DNA from: an uncultured delta proteobacterium
GTDB taxonomy: Bacteria > Myxococcota_A > Polyangia > Polyangiales > Polyangiaceae
Assembly (NCBI GenBank): GCA_963782055.1
Contig: CAWAIF010000003.1
Location: 640,001-704,000, forward strand
Length of the DNA stretch: 64,000 nucleotides
Reading direction: 5' to 3'
Position 1 is the stretch's first letter. Each line of letters begins with the position of its first letter. Positions 41,329-51,948 of this stretch are shown here, piece by piece. The notes beneath the pieces were generated by a model that was not told where the DNA came from, ran no database searches, and saw nothing but the letters and a program-made list of their open reading frames with translations. Both the position numbers and the translations under genes were made by a program.

Positions 41329-41922
41329 TCACTCCTCCCGGTTGGTCACGGTGAGCGCCGCGGCGGCGCGCACCTCGCCGTGCGCGTCGATGGCGCCGCC
41401 CAGGACGAACTCCGACGTCACGCCGTCGCCGTCGAGGTCGCCGTGCGCGATCGCCTTGTACGAATCGCCCGGCGACGATCCCGTCCCGGTGCGCCGGTAG
41501 TCGTACTGGTAGTACTGCGGCTCGGTGATGTCGAACTTGAGGCACGAGAAGCCGGCGTACGGCGTGGTGTCGTCCCAGTCGGAGAGCGAGGACTGGTACT
41601 TCACGCCGCTCACGCGGGTCATGCTGGCGGGCACCGGGTTGCTCGCGGACCCGCAGAGCCTTCGCGTTGGCGCGCCGCCGAAGGCGCTGGGCTCGCCGTT
41701 CTCGTAGGCGGCGCCCGCCGCCCGGGAGATGGCGCCGACGTCGTTCATCGCCTCCGCCGTCTTGGAGGCGGCGATGTACCGGCGCATCCCGGCGTACGCG
41801 ACGATGCCCAGCATCCCGACGATGAGGACGACGACGCCGATGACGAGCAGCAGGACGACGAGCCACGTGGGCGTCGAGCGCCGCGACACCGGCGGGGGAG
41901 GGGCGAACTGCATCCCCGCCAT
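41329..41922 (-). CDS. Type IV pilin-like protein (myxobacterial PilA-like globular domain)
   Basis: TM helix followed by RRYIAASKTAEA; Cys pair; YYQYDY; AHGDLDGDG..SEF. Confidence 0.75.
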   Translation of the reverse strand: MAGMQFAPPPPVSRRSTPTWLVVLLLVIGVVVLIVGMLGIVAYAGMRRYIAASKTAEAMNDVGAISRAAGAAYENGEPSAFGGAPTRRLCGSASNPVPASMTRVSGVKYQSSLSDWDDTTPYAGFSCLKFDITEPQYYQYDYRRTGTGSSPGDSYKAIAHGDLDGDGVTSEFVLGGAIDAHGEVRAAAALTVTNREE

Positions 41923-41973
41923 CCTAGTCCACCCACGGCCGCGGCGTCGCCGGCCGCGACCGGGAGCGGGCGT

Positions 41974-43266
41974 TCACGGCCCGAGCTGCCGGATCGTGAC
42001 GCGGTCCCCATCCGCCAGCCGCTCGCTGGGATGGACGATCACCTTCTCTCCGGCGGCGAGCCCGGTGAGCACCTGCAGCTCGGTGGACCCGCGCTGGCCG
42101 ATGGTGATCTTGCGGAGGTGCGCGCGTCCGCCCGCGATCGCGAAGACCGCCCAGGCGTCTTCTCGGCGGAAGGCCGCACCCTGAGGGACGGTGAGGACCT
42201 TGGGCTGCTCCCAGACCACGATGTGCGCGTCCAGGCTGTAGCCGTCGCCCAGGGCGGCCCACCGGTCGCGGGGATCGTCGAAGTCGATGATGACGTGCAC
42301 ACGCTGCTCCTCCACGCCCAGCGCGGAGACGCGCGTGAAGGCCTGCGGCTCGACGGTGCGGACGTGGCCGGAGAGCGGCTCGCCGCCCCAGCGAACGAGC
42401 GCGACCCTGGCGCCGGGCCTGATGCGCACCGCGTCGGTGGTGAGCACGTCGCTGACAATCTCCAGCGCCGACGGGTCGCCGATCTCGAGGAGCTGGGTGC
42501 CCGGCAGCACCGCCCCGGCGTCCTCGTGGATGACCTTGAGGACGCGCCCGCCGACCGGCGCCGTGAGCAGGAGCTGCTCGGCGGAGGGGCCGCCCCGCAC
42601 GCGGGCCAGGGCGGCGCGCGCGAGGTCCAGCTCGTGGTTTGCCACCTGCGACGCGAAGCGCGCGGACACGAGGTCCTCCGCGCGCACCCGCTCCTCGAGC
42701 TCCTGCGTCTCCAGCACCTGCGCGCTGATGGCCCCCTTGGCGACGAGGGTGCGGTCGTCCTCCAGCTCCTTCTTGGCGTGCGCGGCGGCGATCTCCGCCC
42801 GCGTGATCGCCGAGCGAGACTGCAGCGCCGCGGCGGACGCCGACGCCACGCGCGCCTCAGCCTCGGCGCGGCTGCGCGCGTCGAGGAGCGGCGCCTCCAG
42901 CGGCGCGATGCGCGCCAGCACGTCGCCCGCCTTCACCGTGTCCCCCGCGTGCAGCTCGATGCGCGCCAGGTTGCCGGCGAGCGGCGCCGACATCACGTAC
43001 CGGTCCTTCACCCGCGTCTTGGCCGTCTCGTCCACAGTGACGCGGAGCGGCCCGACGTCCGCCGTGGCCGTCTCGACGGGGATGGGCTTGGGCAGCCACG
43101 CCACCACCACGAGGGCGACGAGCAGGGTCGCGGCGGCGGCCGCCAGGACACGGCGGAGCCAGCGACGTCGCGTCTTCTTCTTCACCGGGCGCGTGAGCTC
43201 GGCGATCGTCCGCCGGGGCGCCGTCGTGGTCTCTCCGCGCGTTGCGTCTTGCGCCATCGAATTCAC
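41974..43266 (-). CDS. HlyD/MacA-type periplasmic adaptor of an ABC exporter
   Basis: N-terminal TM; GDTVKAGD; TAPVGGRV; VSALGVEEQRV; GLAAGEKV. Confidence 0.9.
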   Translation of the reverse strand: MNSMAQDATRGETTTAPRRTIAELTRPVKKKTRRRWLRRVLAAAAATLLVALVVVAWLPKPIPVETATADVGPLRVTVDETAKTRVKDRYVMSAPLAGNLARIELHAGDTVKAGDVLARIAPLEAPLLDARSRAEAEARVASASAAALQSRSAITRAEIAAAHAKKELEDDRTLVAKGAISAQVLETQELEERVRAEDLVSARFASQVANHELDLARAALARVRGGPSAEQLLLTAPVGGRVLKVIHEDAGAVLPGTQLLEIGDPSALEIVSDVLTTDAVRIRPGARVALVRWGGEPLSGHVRTVEPQAFTRVSALGVEEQRVHVIIDFDDPRDRWAALGDGYSLDAHIVVWEQPKVLTVPQGAAFRREDAWAVFAIAGGRAHLRKITIGQRGSTELQVLTGLAAGEKVIVHPSERLADGDRVTIRQLGP

Positions 43267-45625
43267 TCCCTGCTCTTGAGCACGCCGATGAGATCGAGGT
43301 GGTCCAGCTTGCGCCGTACAAGCAGCGCGCTGAGGACGGCGGCCAGCACGGTCACGCCCACGGCGAAGGCGTACGAGCGGCTGGAGACAACCGCGGGGAG
43401 GCGGAACATCTCCGGCTCCACCATGTTGGTGATGGCGTGACAGAGCGCGTCACCGAAGATCATGCCGGGGGCGATGGCCAGCAGCACGTAGATGGCGAGC
43501 TCGCCCAGCAGCACGCGGGAGATCTCGGCGCGGGTGAAGCCGAGCACGCGCAGGCTGGCGAGGTCGCGCTCGCGCATGGAGAGCGCCACGCGCGCGTCGT
43601 TGTAGACGACGCCCACCGCGATCGTCGCCGCGAAGAGCGTCAGGATGAGCGTCGTCGTGAGCAGGTTCTCCGCGCTCTGCTCGTTGAAGCGGGCGATGAT
43701 GTCCTGGCGGCGCGTCACGCTGGCGACCTGGGGCATGTCCTCCAGACGCTTCTCGATGCCGTCGATGGCGTCCGGCTCGGCGGTGAGGGAGACGGCGGAG
43801 ATGGCGTCGCTCTCGCCGAGCAGGCGCCGCGCGGCGTCGAGCCGCATGTGAAGCTGCATGCCGAACATCTCGCGGGTGAGGCCCACGACGGGGACGGTGA
43901 CCTTGCGGTGGTCGCCCTCCAGCACGTCCACCTCGACCACGTCCCCCGGCCGGACGCCGAGCACCTCGGCGAGCTTGGCGGTGAGCAACACCCCGCTCTG
44001 GGGCATGGTCACCAGGCGCGGTGGCCACTCCACCACCCTCCGCAGCGTGGCCCCCCGAGGGTGGCCGACGAGCGGGACGTCGCGGTAGCGCGGGCCTGCG
44101 CGCACGCGGACCGGGACGGCGAGCTCCGCCTCCGTCGAGGTGACACCGGGCAGGTGGGCGATCTCACGGCGCGCCTCGCCCGAGACGGGGCGGAGGAAGG
44201 TCACGGTGAGGTCGTCGCGCTGCGCCGTCTCGAACTCGGTCCCGACCATCACGTCCAGCGCGTCGTAGGTGAATCGCGCGGCGACGAGCATGCCGATGGC
44301 CATCGCGATGCCCAGCGCGGAGAGCGCCGCGCGCCACGGCCGCCGCCCGATCTCCCGCAGCACCATGCGGCCACCGGGGTCGAGCAGGCGGCCGAGCCCC
44401 ACGCGCTCGAGGATCGACGGGCGGTAGGTGGGTGGAGCCTCCGGGCGCATGGCCTCCGCCGGCGGGAGCGTCGCGATGCGGCGCACCGCGCCGATCGCGC
44501 CGAGCATCGCCGCGCCGACGCTCACCAGCATCGCCACCAGGACCACGCCCCACTCCAGGTGGTAGTGCAGGTCCGGGAAGCGGAAGTACGGGCGGTAGAG
44601 GCGGAGCATCCGCTCGCCGAGGTAGACGCCCACGCCGACGCCCAGCGCGCCCCCCATCGCGGCGATCACCCCGACGAGCTCCACGTAGAAGAGGGCGATG
44701 CGGCCGTCGGAGTACCCGAGCGCCTTGAGCGCGGCGATCTGCGTGCGCTGCAGGTGCACGAGCCGGGCGAGCACCACGTTGAGCAGGAACGCCGCCACGG
44801 CGAGGAAGACGGCGGGGACGAAGGTGGCCATGGAGGAGAGCTGCTGCAGCTCGCCGTGGAGGATCAGGTTGGAGACCTGTCGCTCGCGCAGGTACGCACC
44901 CTCGCTCCCGTACGGCTCCAGCACGCGGTCGACGCCGGCGAGCACGCCGCGCTCGCTCGCGCCCGGCGCGAGGCGGATGAGCACGTCGTCGAAGGCGCCG
45001 TCCATCTGGAACGCCGGTGCCAGCGCGGAGCGGTCCATCCAGATCACCGCGAAGCGCGCGTTGTCGGAGATGCCGCCGGAGGCGGGGCCGAGCGCGTAGA
45101 CGTACTCGGGGGAGAGCGCGATGCCCACGACGCGTGGGTGGCGCAGCACGCCGTTGATCACGACGGGCAGGTGGTCGCCCGGCTTGATGTGGTGCGCCTC
45201 GGCGAAGGACTGTAGCAGGAGCACCTCGTCGGCGCGCCCCGGCTCCACCATCCGGCCCTGCTCGAGGTAGGGCTTGTTCAGCGCGGGGTCGCCGCCGCTG
45301 GGCAGGCTGACGATCTGCCCGACGGCCGGCTCCGACATGTCCTCCATCGGGAGCATCACCGTCTCGACCTCGCGCGTCTCCACCACGGCGACGCCGGGGA
45401 GGCGCTCCAGGTCCTGCTTCACCGCATCCGGAGCGCGCTTGCAGTGCGCGAAGACGTCGGCGAAGCGGTTGCGCTCGTAGTAGCGGTCCATGTCGTCGCC
45501 GAGCGACCGGTACACCGAGAAGAGGGAGACGAAGCTGGCGATGCCGCACGCCACCACCAGCGCGATGGTGATCGCCTGACCCCGGAGCTGCAGGAGGTCG
45601 CGAAGGAGCTTGCGGTCGAGGGCTC

Positions 45626-45629
<4 letters not shown>
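43263..45629 (-). CDS. FtsX/MacB-type ABC exporter permease (duplicated)
   Basis: [19 protein letters not shown] and [10 protein letters not shown] motifs. Confidence 0.92.
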
Positions 45630-46333
<704 letters not shown>

Positions 46334-46345
46334 GGCGGCGTGCTG

Positions 46346-46361
46346 AGCAACGCGCGTGCCG
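46346..46361 (-). promoter_or_regulatory. Putative sigma54 promoter of the ABC exporter operon
   Basis: Minus strand CGGCACGCGCGTTGCT ends 13 bp before ATG 46333. Confidence 0.6.
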
Positions 46362-46439
46362 CGCCGCACAGCGACGGGCTTGCGGGATCCCCGCGACGGC
46401 GACGAATGGCCTGCGTTCCAGCGCAGGGATTGCGCCGGT

Positions 46440-48410
46440 CTACCCCAGGCGGCTGTCGATCCCCTCGGCGGCGCGCAGCGCCATCGCCATGATCGTGACC
46501 TGCGGGTTCACCCCCAGCGGCGTGGGCACCGCGCTGCCATCCACCACGTACAGGCGCTCCGTCTCGTGGGTCTCGTGATCCGGGCCGATCACGCTCGTCT
46601 CCGGATCGCTGCCCATGCGGCACGTGCCGAGCGGGTGGTACGCGCTCACCTCGATGTCGCCGGCGACGACGCGCTTCTTCTTCAGCGCCTCCAGGTCCGC
46701 GTGGGTGTGCACCTCCTCCGCCCCCGGCAGCATCGGGAGTACGCGCTTGGCGCCGGCGGCGAGGAAGATCTCGCAGAGGATGGCGATGCCGCGCTGCATG
46801 CGCTTGGTGTCGTGCGCGTTGAGGTCGTAGGTGATGAGCGGAGAGCCGCGGGGGCCCACGCGCACCTGCCCGCGGGAGGTGTCGGCGATCATGAAGCCGA
46901 AGGTGGCGAGGTGGCGGTAGCGCTCCATCACCTCCATGAAGCGCGTGCCGACCCAGGGCACCGCAAGGGCGGTGACGTCGAGCGGGGTGGAGCCGCCCTC
47001 GAACATCATGCCCTCGTCCTGGTAGTGGTCGACGGAGTAGCCCTGCGGGATGGCGCTCGCCATGTCGATGGCCTCGTCGAAGAGGGCCATGACCTTGCTC
47101 GCCGGGTGGATGGTGAGGTTCCGTCCCAGCGCGCGGCTGTTGCGGCACACCCCCGCCTTCTTCAGGATCACCGGCGTCATGAGGGCGCCGCCGGCGATGA
47201 CCACCGCGTCCGCCTTGACCTTGAAGCGGCGGCCGGAGCCGAGCACCCCACCCACGCCGCGCGCGCGGCCGGCGACGACGTCGATGGAGTCGACGCGCGC
47301 CGCGGTGACGAGCTGCGCGCCACGCTCCAGCGCGCCCGGGACGTAGCTCACGTCGGTGGAGCGCTTGGCGCCGGTGGGGCAGCCGAAGCAGCAGACGCCG
47401 CGCCCGTCGCACCCGGGGGCGTTGCGGTGAAGGACGCCGTGGGCGAGGCCGAGCTTGCCCGCGCCCCGCGCGATGACGCGCCCCACGCCGCCGGTGAGCT
47501 CGAAATCCGCCGGCTCCACCTGGAGCATCGCTTCCACCCGCTCGAAGTAGGGCTTCATGCGCGCGGGAGTGATGGGGAGGCCCAGGTCGTGATGCCAGCG
47601 GCGGATGACGCGGTCCGGCGCGCGGTAGCAGGTGCCGGAGTTGATGACGGTGCTGCCGCCGACGGCGCGCCCCGCCCACACCGGCGCGCGCACGTTGCCG
47701 AGGGCGATGGTGAGGCCCTGATCGCGGTAGAGCTTCTTGCTCATGATCGCCGCGCGCGCGTTGAAGGTGTCGCGGCGGTGGTAGTCGCCCTCCTCCAGCA
47801 GCAGCACCGCGCGGCCGCGGCGGGCGAGCTCGTAGGCGCACGCCGCGCCCCCCGCGCCGGTGCCGACGACGACCACCTCGCACTCCAGCGTCAGCTCCTC
47901 GTCCACCTCGCGGCCGTCGGTGACCTGGCGCATCCAGCGGTCGGCCTCGGCGAGGCGCACCTTCTCCCCCTCGCCGCCGTAGGGGCAGCCGACGTGCTCG
48001 AACATGGTCGGGTCGTCGAAGTGCGCCGCCTTGATGGGCGTCATCACCGCGCGCAGGTGCGCCCGGCGGATCGGCATGCGCGAGGCGGACCAGCCCTCCA
48101 GGAAGTGCGCCGCCCGCTCCTCGGAGAGCCGCGAGAGCGGGCGGCCGGTGCTCGCCACCGCGGCGAGCTCCGCCGACCACAGCATCCCGCGCATCACCCT
48201 CCAGCGGTCGGGGGTGGCGTCGCCCATCCACTCGTAGAGGCGCGCGAGGGTGGCGGGGCCGCCGCCGGGGAGCACCTTGCCCCGGGGCATCGCCGCCTTC
48301 GCCAGCGCCAGGACGATCTGCTCCTCGCGGGGCGAGAAGCCGCGCCCCGCGCGCGTGCCCGCTCCGGGCCCCGGTTCCTCGCTCACCTGCACGCTCGCGC
48401 TCGCGACCAT
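46440..48410 (-). CDS. GMC family flavin oxidoreductase (long-chain alcohol oxidase-like)
   Basis: [47 protein letters not shown]. Confidence 0.92.
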   Translation of the reverse strand: MVASASVQVSEEPGPGAGTRAGRGFSPREEQIVLALAKAAMPRGKVLPGGGPATLARLYEWMGDATPDRWRVMRGMLWSAELAAVASTGRPLSRLSEERAAHFLEGWSASRMPIRRAHLRAVMTPIKAAHFDDPTMFEHVGCPYGGEGEKVRLAEADRWMRQVTDGREVDEELTLECEVVVVGTGAGGAACAYELARRGRAVLLLEEGDYHRRDTFNARAAIMSKKLYRDQGLTIALGNVRAPVWAGRAVGGSTVINSGTCYRAPDRVIRRWHHDLGLPITPARMKPYFERVEAMLQVEPADFELTGGVGRVIARGAGKLGLAHGVLHRNAPGCDGRGVCCFGCPTGAKRSTDVSYVPGALERGAQLVTAARVDSIDVVAGRARGVGGVLGSGRRFKVKADAVVIAGGALMTPVILKKAGVCRNSRALGRNLTIHPASKVMALFDEAIDMASAIPQGYSVDHYQDEGMMFEGGSTPLDVTALAVPWVGTRFMEVMERYRHLATFGFMIADTSRGQVRVGPRGSPLITYDLNAHDTKRMQRGIAILCEIFLAAGAKRVLPMLPGAEEVHTHADLEALKKKRVVAGDIEVSAYHPLGTCRMGSDPETSVIGPDHETHETERLYVVDGSAVPTPLGVNPQVTIMAMALRAAEGIDSRLG

Positions 48411-48437
48411 GAGTATTCTGTAGATGCAGAATGCTCA
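48410..48437 (-). promoter_or_regulatory. 28-bp imperfect palindrome (operator) overlapping the GMC gene promoter and start
   Basis: TGAGTATTCTGTA-GA-TGCAGAATGCTCA; AT-rich; abuts the start codon; TTGCTT -35-like hexamer upstream. Confidence 0.6.
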
Positions 48438-48462
48438 GGAAGCAAGCCCGACCGCAACGTCC

Positions 48463-49173
48463 TCACCCCTCGTCCAGCTTCGCCTGGATCGCGTCGTGCA
48501 CCTGGGATCGCACGCGCTCCACGTCCGCCTCCGACTGCCAGTCACCGCGCGTCGACACCGGCGGCAAGGCGTGCATCGTCACCGGCACGGGGCGCGGGAC
48601 CGGTGTCCCCCACCGGCCCAGCGCGATGGGGAAGTTGTAGCGCGCGTCGCCGAAGATCACGCGGCCGATGCCCGGTTCGTGCGCGACGACCCGGTACATG
48701 TCGTCGACGCCCGTCGCCGCCACCGGGACGATGGGCACGCCGGCGCGCATCGCCACGCGCGCGAAGCCGGCGCGACCGCGCCACTGCAGCTTGTTCCGCT
48801 CGCGCCAGAGCTTGTACGAGTCGAAGATGCCGCCGGGGTAGACGACGACCAGCTCGCCGCTTCGCAGCGAGCCGACCGCCGCGTCCGGCGTGCCGGGGAC
48901 CGCGCCCACGTAGTCGAGCACGCGGCCGAAGCCGGGCGCCTTCCAGAGGTTGCGGTCGGCCAGCCACGTCGGCAGCCGTCGCAGATCGCGCGCGAGCAGC
49001 GCGCCGAGCACGAAGGAGTCCAGGCCGAAGATGCCGTGGTTGATGACGAGCAGCACGCCGCCGCCCGGCACGTTCTGGTGGCCGACGAGGCGCGCGTCGA
49101 AGTAGCCGACGAGCGCCTGGATGAGCAGGCGCCCGTGGCGAGTCTCCGGCAGCTTGTCGACCGCGCGCGGCAT
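48463..49173 (-). CDS. Lysophospholipid acyltransferase (PlsC/DAGAT-like)
   Basis: NHGIFGLD (HxxxxD-like), VVYPGG, GFARVA, PIVPV. Confidence 0.88.
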   Translation of the reverse strand: MPRAVDKLPETRHGRLLIQALVGYFDARLVGHQNVPGGGVLLVINHGIFGLDSFVLGALLARDLRRLPTWLADRNLWKAPGFGRVLDYVGAVPGTPDAAVGSLRSGELVVVYPGGIFDSYKLWRERNKLQWRGRAGFARVAMRAGVPIVPVAATGVDDMYRVVAHEPGIGRVIFGDARYNFPIALGRWGTPVPRPVPVTMHALPPVSTRGDWQSEADVERVRSQVHDAIQAKLDEG

Positions 49174-49193
49174 GGAGGCCCCATCGTAGCGGC

Positions 49194-50093
49194 TCACGCC
49201 GTCGCGCGCAGGAACTCCTCGGCGCGCGCGAAGGCGGAGCGCGCGGCTGTCGTCGTGACGAGGGCGGCGTGTCCCGGGGCCGGATCGCCGCCATCCCCCG
49301 CCGCGACGCGGTCGAACGCCCGCGGTCCCGCGCAGAAGCGCAGCATCGCCTCGACCGATCGCGGCCTGGCGTTCAGACGGTCCCCGCGGCTGGCGATGGC
49401 GTAGACCGGCACCGTGACCCGCGCGAGCGCCGCGAGGTAGTCGTCCTTGCCGTCGCGGCTGCGCCACGCCCCCTCCCGCGCGAAGCGGACGAGGTCGGCG
49501 ACGTAGTCCTCCGCCTCGTCGTCGCTCCCCTGCCGCAGCGCGCGCGCCGGGAAGTAGCCCCGCCGCCGCGTCGTCTCCTCGAAGGCGCGCAGCGTCGCCA
49601 TCTTGAGCGCCCACACCAGCGCCGAGCGCTCCAGCTCGCGCAGCCACACGTTGGCGGCGACGCCCACGAGCGCGTCGGCGTGCATGCGCCCGGTGCCCTG
49701 CGCGGCGAGGGCGACGTGGCCCCCCAGCGAGTGGCCGAGCACCGCGACGGGGGCGCGTCCGGACCGCGCGCGCGCGCTCGCGACGACCGCCGGAAGATCC
49801 AGGCGCACCAGGTCGTCGTAGGACCACCGCGCGCCCTCGGCGGCCTTCCCCGGTCCGCTCTCGCCGTGGCCGCGGAAGTCGAAGGTGACGACCCGCCACC
49901 CGCGCAGGGCGAAGAGGTCCGCCACGCCCTCGCCCGCCGGCCGGAAGAAGGCGCCCTGCCGCGCGAACATGGCGTGCGCCATCACCACCGTCCCGCGCGC
50001 CTTTCCCTCCGGCGCGAGCAGCCGCCCGCGCAGCGCCACGCCGTCCTCCGTACGGATCTCCAGCTCCTCCACCGCGCCGCCGCTTCCTCTCAC
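49194..50093 (-). CDS. Alpha/beta hydrolase (lipase/esterase-like)
   Basis: FDFRGHGES, GHSLGG nucleophile elbow, Asp (GDRL) and His (PGH); exact start uncertain (50072-50132). Confidence 0.85.
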   Translation of the reverse strand: MRGSGGAVEELEIRTEDGVALRGRLLAPEGKARGTVVMAHAMFARQGAFFRPAGEGVADLFALRGWRVVTFDFRGHGESGPGKAAEGARWSYDDLVRLDLPAVVASARARSGRAPVAVLGHSLGGHVALAAQGTGRMHADALVGVAANVWLRELERSALVWALKMATLRAFEETTRRRGYFPARALRQGSDDEAEDYVADLVRFAREGAWRSRDGKDDYLAALARVTVPVYAIASRGDRLNARPRSVEAMLRFCAGPRAFDRVAAGDGGDPAPGHAALVTTTAARSAFARAEEFLRATA

Positions 50094-50110
50094 CTCTCCC
50101 GCGAGGGACT

Positions 50111-51148
50111 TCAATCCAGCCCCAGCACCCACACGTCGTCTCCCACCGACACGCCGAGCTGCTCGGCGGCGTCGGCGGCGAGCGCGCCCTCGCCGTCCTT
50201 CTCCCGCGTGAAATAGGTGTATGCTGCACGGAAATACGGCGGGCCGGCGACGTCGACGCCGACGAGCGAGTGCTTGGCGCGCGTGGGCGCGGCCGTGGCG
50301 AGCCTGGTCACCCGGGAGCGCGTGGTCTGCCGCACCAGCGACACCTCGTCGGTCGGCGCGGTGAAGTGCGGGCCGCCGTCGAAGGGGTCGACTCGCTCGG
50401 CGTAGCGGAAGCCGATGCGCTTGAGCATCTTCTCGACGCCGCGCGTCTGCGGGCCGACCTTGCCGATGACCTCCTGCGCCTGCTGCGGCAAGAGCGACGC
50501 GTAGATGGTCCCCTCAGGGAAGAGGCCGCGGATGAACTCCTTGTTCTTCTTGGAGAGCAGGTCCGCCTCCGCGTAGGTCATCCCGGTGAAGTGGCGGCCG
50601 AGGGCGTTCCACAGGTGGCTCGTCCCGTCCGGCTCGAGCGGGGGAAGGAGCTCGGCGAGCAGCTCGTCGCGGAAGAGCTCGCGGTGCATCTTGATGTAGA
50701 GAAAGCGCACGTAGGAGATCATCAGGCCCAGGCGCTCCGGCGCGAGCCGGTAGTCCGGGAGCAGGATGAGCCCGCCGATCTCCGTCGGCCCGTTGTACGA
50801 GTAGCCGATCTTGAGGGTCGTGTGCTTGAAGTGCGTGTCCAGCGTCTGCGAGTAACGCTCCTCGTCGATGACGTCGAGGTAGATGTACGGCGCGTCGCGG
50901 CGGCCGAGCTGCGCCACGATCATCGAGGTGCCGATGAGCTTCTTCTTCTCCGCGTCGACGAGGACGAAGACGTACTGCCGGCGCTTCGGGTCCTTGATGT
51001 GCCCGGTGAAGCTGTTCTGTGCGTACTCGACGATGGCGTGGATCTCCTCGCGATCGTCCGGCAGGTTCACCGTGTTGAGGAAGTGCGCGACGGCGTGAAG
51101 CTGGTCCTCGTCGGAGGGCACCACACCGCGGATCTCGTACGGGGGCAT
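50111..51148 (-). CDS. astA: Arginine N-succinyltransferase family protein
   Basis: NLPDD, TEIGGLIL.PDYR, LSKKNKEFI, VIGKVG..T, GFRY..VDPFDGGP. Confidence 0.85.
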   Translation of the reverse strand: MPPYEIRGVVPSDEDQLHAVAHFLNTVNLPDDREEIHAIVEYAQNSFTGHIKDPKRRQYVFVLVDAEKKKLIGTSMIVAQLGRRDAPYIYLDVIDEERYSQTLDTHFKHTTLKIGYSYNGPTEIGGLILLPDYRLAPERLGLMISYVRFLYIKMHRELFRDELLAELLPPLEPDGTSHLWNALGRHFTGMTYAEADLLSKKNKEFIRGLFPEGTIYASLLPQQAQEVIGKVGPQTRGVEKMLKRIGFRYAERVDPFDGGPHFTAPTDEVSLVRQTTRSRVTRLATAAPTRAKHSLVGVDVAGPPYFRAAYTYFTREKDGEGALAADAAEQLGVSVGDDVWVLGLD

Positions 51149-51232
51149 GCCCGGCCCGTCTTACCACAGGCCTCCTTCCCCCGGAGCCCCCAGCCCGTCC
51201 CCAGCGCGGTCCCGACGTGACGCGGCGCGACG

Positions 51233-51719
51233 AACGTCGCGATCCGTGTCTTGCCCATCTACGACATCACGCCGCGCATCGCCGGGCGCCGACGTGAGCC
51301 TGGTGCTGCCGCCCGGTCACACCGAGCACACCTTCGACCCCACGCCCAGGGACGTGGAGGAGATCTCCGCCGCCAACGTGGGCGTGATGATCGGGCTGCG
51401 GCTCGACCCCTGGATGGAGAAGCTGCTGAAGGACGCCGCGCCGACGGCGGCGACCATCAAGGTGGGGGAGCTGGTGCCGACGATGACGGTCACGCAGGAC
51501 GCCGTCGGCGGCGAGGCCGCGCACCGCACCCTGCCGGAGGACGATCACGATCACGACAAGGGCGCTGCGACCACCAGCGCGCCGCCGAGGTGGACGCGTC
51601 GCTCGATCGCCGCCATCCTGGTGACCCACAACCTGTGGAACGAGCTGGCGCGCGAGCGCGAGCTGGCGGCGATCCAGGCGGGGGACCGCCCCGACGCGAT
51701 GATCATGGCCGGCGACTGA
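51233..51719 (+). pseudogene. Decayed ZnuA/TroA-like metal-binding protein remnant
   Basis: LPIYDITPRIAG, then a frameshift near 51287 to ADVSLVLPPGHTEHTFDPTP..GLRLDPW..DDHDHD; no signal peptide; DPHxWL motif absent. Confidence 0.7.
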
Positions 51720-51875
51720 GGTCCAGCGCCCCACCAAGGGCGCGGGGCGTCATCCGAGGGGGCGGCGGAGCCAGGGGGCGGTTCGCGGGCCACGCGCCGA
51801 GCGTCCCATTGCAAGGGTTGCAGCAATGCGACGAGCCGCTCTCACCCGGGAAAAGAGGGGGGAGCGGCGTACAAT

Positions 51876-51933
51876 TTACTGAAAAATTAGTTTGTCTTGA
51901 CGCCGGCCGATCTCCTGACTAAATAAAAAGTCA
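51876..51933 (+). promoter_or_regulatory. sigma70-type promoter with flanking TetR-like operators
   Basis: TTGACG (51897) N17 TAAATA (51920); inverted repeat TGACT-N8-AGTCA (51916-51933) and degenerate TTACT-N8-AGTTT (51876-51893); AGGAGG RBS. Confidence 0.7.
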
Positions 51934-51948
51934 ATTAGGAGGGTCCGC

